From NCBI GenBank assembly GCA_013239625.1, contig MU055600.1, forward strand, positions 20,535,520-20,599,519: a stretch of DNA of 64,000 bases. The letters are read 5' to 3'. Below the pieces are notes generated by a model. The model had not been told where the DNA came from. It saw only the letters and a program-made list of their open reading frames with translations, and ran no database searches. The stretch is from Lama guanicoe. Taxonomy: Eukaryota. Positions within the stretch are counted from its first letter, which is position 1; each line of letters opens with the position of its first letter. This document shows, one piece after another, positions 62,066-64,000 of this stretch. The position numbers were made by a program, and so were the translations under genes.

Positions 62066-62899
62066 CTGCCGATGAGAACGGCACCGAGCTGCTCCGGGTT
62101 AACACCCAGGGAGTCCCGGCGACACGAGGACGACAGCAAGAGGGACGAGGTTGAAGCACCAGAGATCCGCGACGAGAACCAGCAGCATTTTACACTGAGC
62201 AGCGTACTGACACGAGCAGAAGGGCTCTTCTACAGATTTTTAAGTTTCTTAAAACATGATTTTGAATTAAAAAAAAAAAGTTCCAGCAACAGGACTGGAA
62301 ACATTTACAGTAATAAAGGGTAATTCAAATTTACAGAATTTTAAAATACGTTGCTAAATACCTTATACACAATACAAATTAAAATAAACGTTCCAACGTC
62401 AGCATAGTACGCTTTCTGGTGCTTCAGAGTTTCCTGCTGTGGTTTGTTCCACGACTTCTTTAAAACATGTTGATGCAGAATTGTATCTGCTGTAATAACC
62501 CTTCATTTAGTAAAGGTGTCTGAAAGCACCTTTACTTCATCATTTCTTCTCTCCTCTAAGCCAGTTCCTCTGCATCTCTGTGCAGTGTCTGCCAGGACAG
62601 CTCACTCTGCATGTCCAGAATGATCCTGTTAAACGAGAGAGACTTCTCTTGCCCTGACCCGTCACGGGGTTGCTGCCCGCTGAATAATGCTTTTTCCATT
62701 CGCAAATGCTCTCCTACGCTGATTGTTTCTAGCCCACAATACCCCTGTGGAAGGTCATAAAGCAAGCATTTCACAAGTTCAATCCTGATGAGATAAATGC
62801 TACACAATACTGTTCACATTATTTTATTGAACTAAAATGTTATTGTCATGAAGAGGGAAAAGAAGGATGTCAAAGGTGGACTTGTTACAGAGCAATTCT

Positions 62900-63300
62900 C
62901 ACTGTAATGGTACTTGTACTGGGGTTTAACCCATGTCTCCGTTTTATACGTGGGAAGCTACGGTCAACAGAGGCTGAGAGGCCTGCTCAGGACCAGACAC
63001 CATCTTACCTAGAGAAAACGCCAGCCCAGCCCTCGAGAGCCCGCGGTCACCTGGAGAGATGGCCTGCATGTGTGAAAGCTAACTCAAAGAGCTGACACCG
63101 CAATCAAGTGCCGGTTAAGATGTTCGGACAGCAAATACAATCAGTGTTCAAAGAAGGGACAGCCCTTTGCGCTGGGGTGGGCAAGAAGACTGCAGGAAAC
63201 AGCTCGATGCACCGTGAAAGGGTCCGAGGCCAGGGGTCAGCGGGCTGAGATCTGGAGGCAGCTCAGCCAGGATCTCGCCAGGGGACCCTCCGCAACTCCC
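62900..63300. mobile_element. MIR and L2 fragments
   Basis: ccgttttatacgtgggaagctacggtcaacagaggctgag and gtgttcaaagaagggacag. Confidence 0.45.
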
Positions 63301-64000
63301 CGAGTTCCAGTTTTCCTCACCTGCCTAAAAACAGGATCAGATTCTTTAAAAAGTCCCATTCAGCTCTTGGATTCTACGTTCGTCTTAAATCTTTTAGAAT
63401 GAGTCAGGAAAACGGATGGACAGCTACCAAGCAACAGAGTTACACATGCCACAGGCGTAATTACACACGTCGTATGTGTAATGAAAGGGTCTGCTCACTC
63501 TGCTTTGTGAGCAACTCGCCTCCACCAATTCCCTCAACGACGCAGGACGCACAGGGGAGAAAGAACGAGTACTCTGTGCTGCGGTGATTTAAGTGTTTTT
63601 CAAGTGGGGGATGCTGGATTGTGAATCCAGAGAAGGTGACGAAGGGGCCAGGGCAAGGTCTGAGTAAGCAGGTGGAGAGTCCCGGGCTCAAATCCACGTC
63701 TCCGAACGGCACGTATTCTTTCCAAAATGTTTTACTGCTTCAGATTGTTTCTTTGCCCTTTGGTGTTTCCCCACACAGGAGCCCACATTCACTGTCTTTA
63801 CTTCCTGATGGCTCATTTACTGCTCAAACCACTTTAATTGAGACGGCTTATATGACTCCACTGAACTATCCTTGTGGGAAAAAAAAAGACCTTGATTGCC
63901 AAATTTATCAAATTTCCCCCCTGTAGTTTGTGCCCTTGGGGTGTTAGAAAAGCAGAGCAATCAAGGTCATACTTTCATCTGTTTTAAAATGCGAGCTTCA

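Noticed and set aside
1-64000. CRISPR arrays, operons, tRNA/rRNA genes, prokaryotic or viral systems
   Set aside because: The sequence is mammalian intronic/intergenic DNA; no repeat-spacer array, structural RNA gene or viral ORF was seen.

Overview
This is mammalian genomic DNA, probably laurasiatherian (inferred from the repeat content), not prokaryotic, and it contains three assembly gaps. Two minus-strand genes are partly visible. At the right end is the 3' end of a protein-coding gene: a terminal coding exon at 60156-59953 (EIKEKKKFCK...RHITDQK*), a 3'UTR and tandem AATAAA signals. At 23.9-25.1 kb a CpG-island promoter starts a second gene, with a non-coding first exon and a long first intron that runs to a probable start-codon exon at 861-754. 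I could not name either gene with confidence. The rest is intronic or intergenic and rich in ancient repeats (L1M, L2, MIR, MaLR/ERV LTRs, hAT-Charlie and Tigger relics); no young lineage-specific SINE was recognised. Almost all ORFs in the supplied track are GC-rich shadow ORFs. The most unusual signal is that several CpG-island-like patches (about 11.5-12.3, 15.5-16.0, 50.3 and 61.5 kb) still read as old, normally AT-rich L1/MIR sequence, but with A/T largely replaced by G/C. This is the expected footprint of focal GC-biased gene conversion creating new CpG islands, and one patch carries a plausible exon. Candidate unannotated spliced transcripts are also noted. Repeat family calls come from recalled consensus motifs and their boundaries are approximate.
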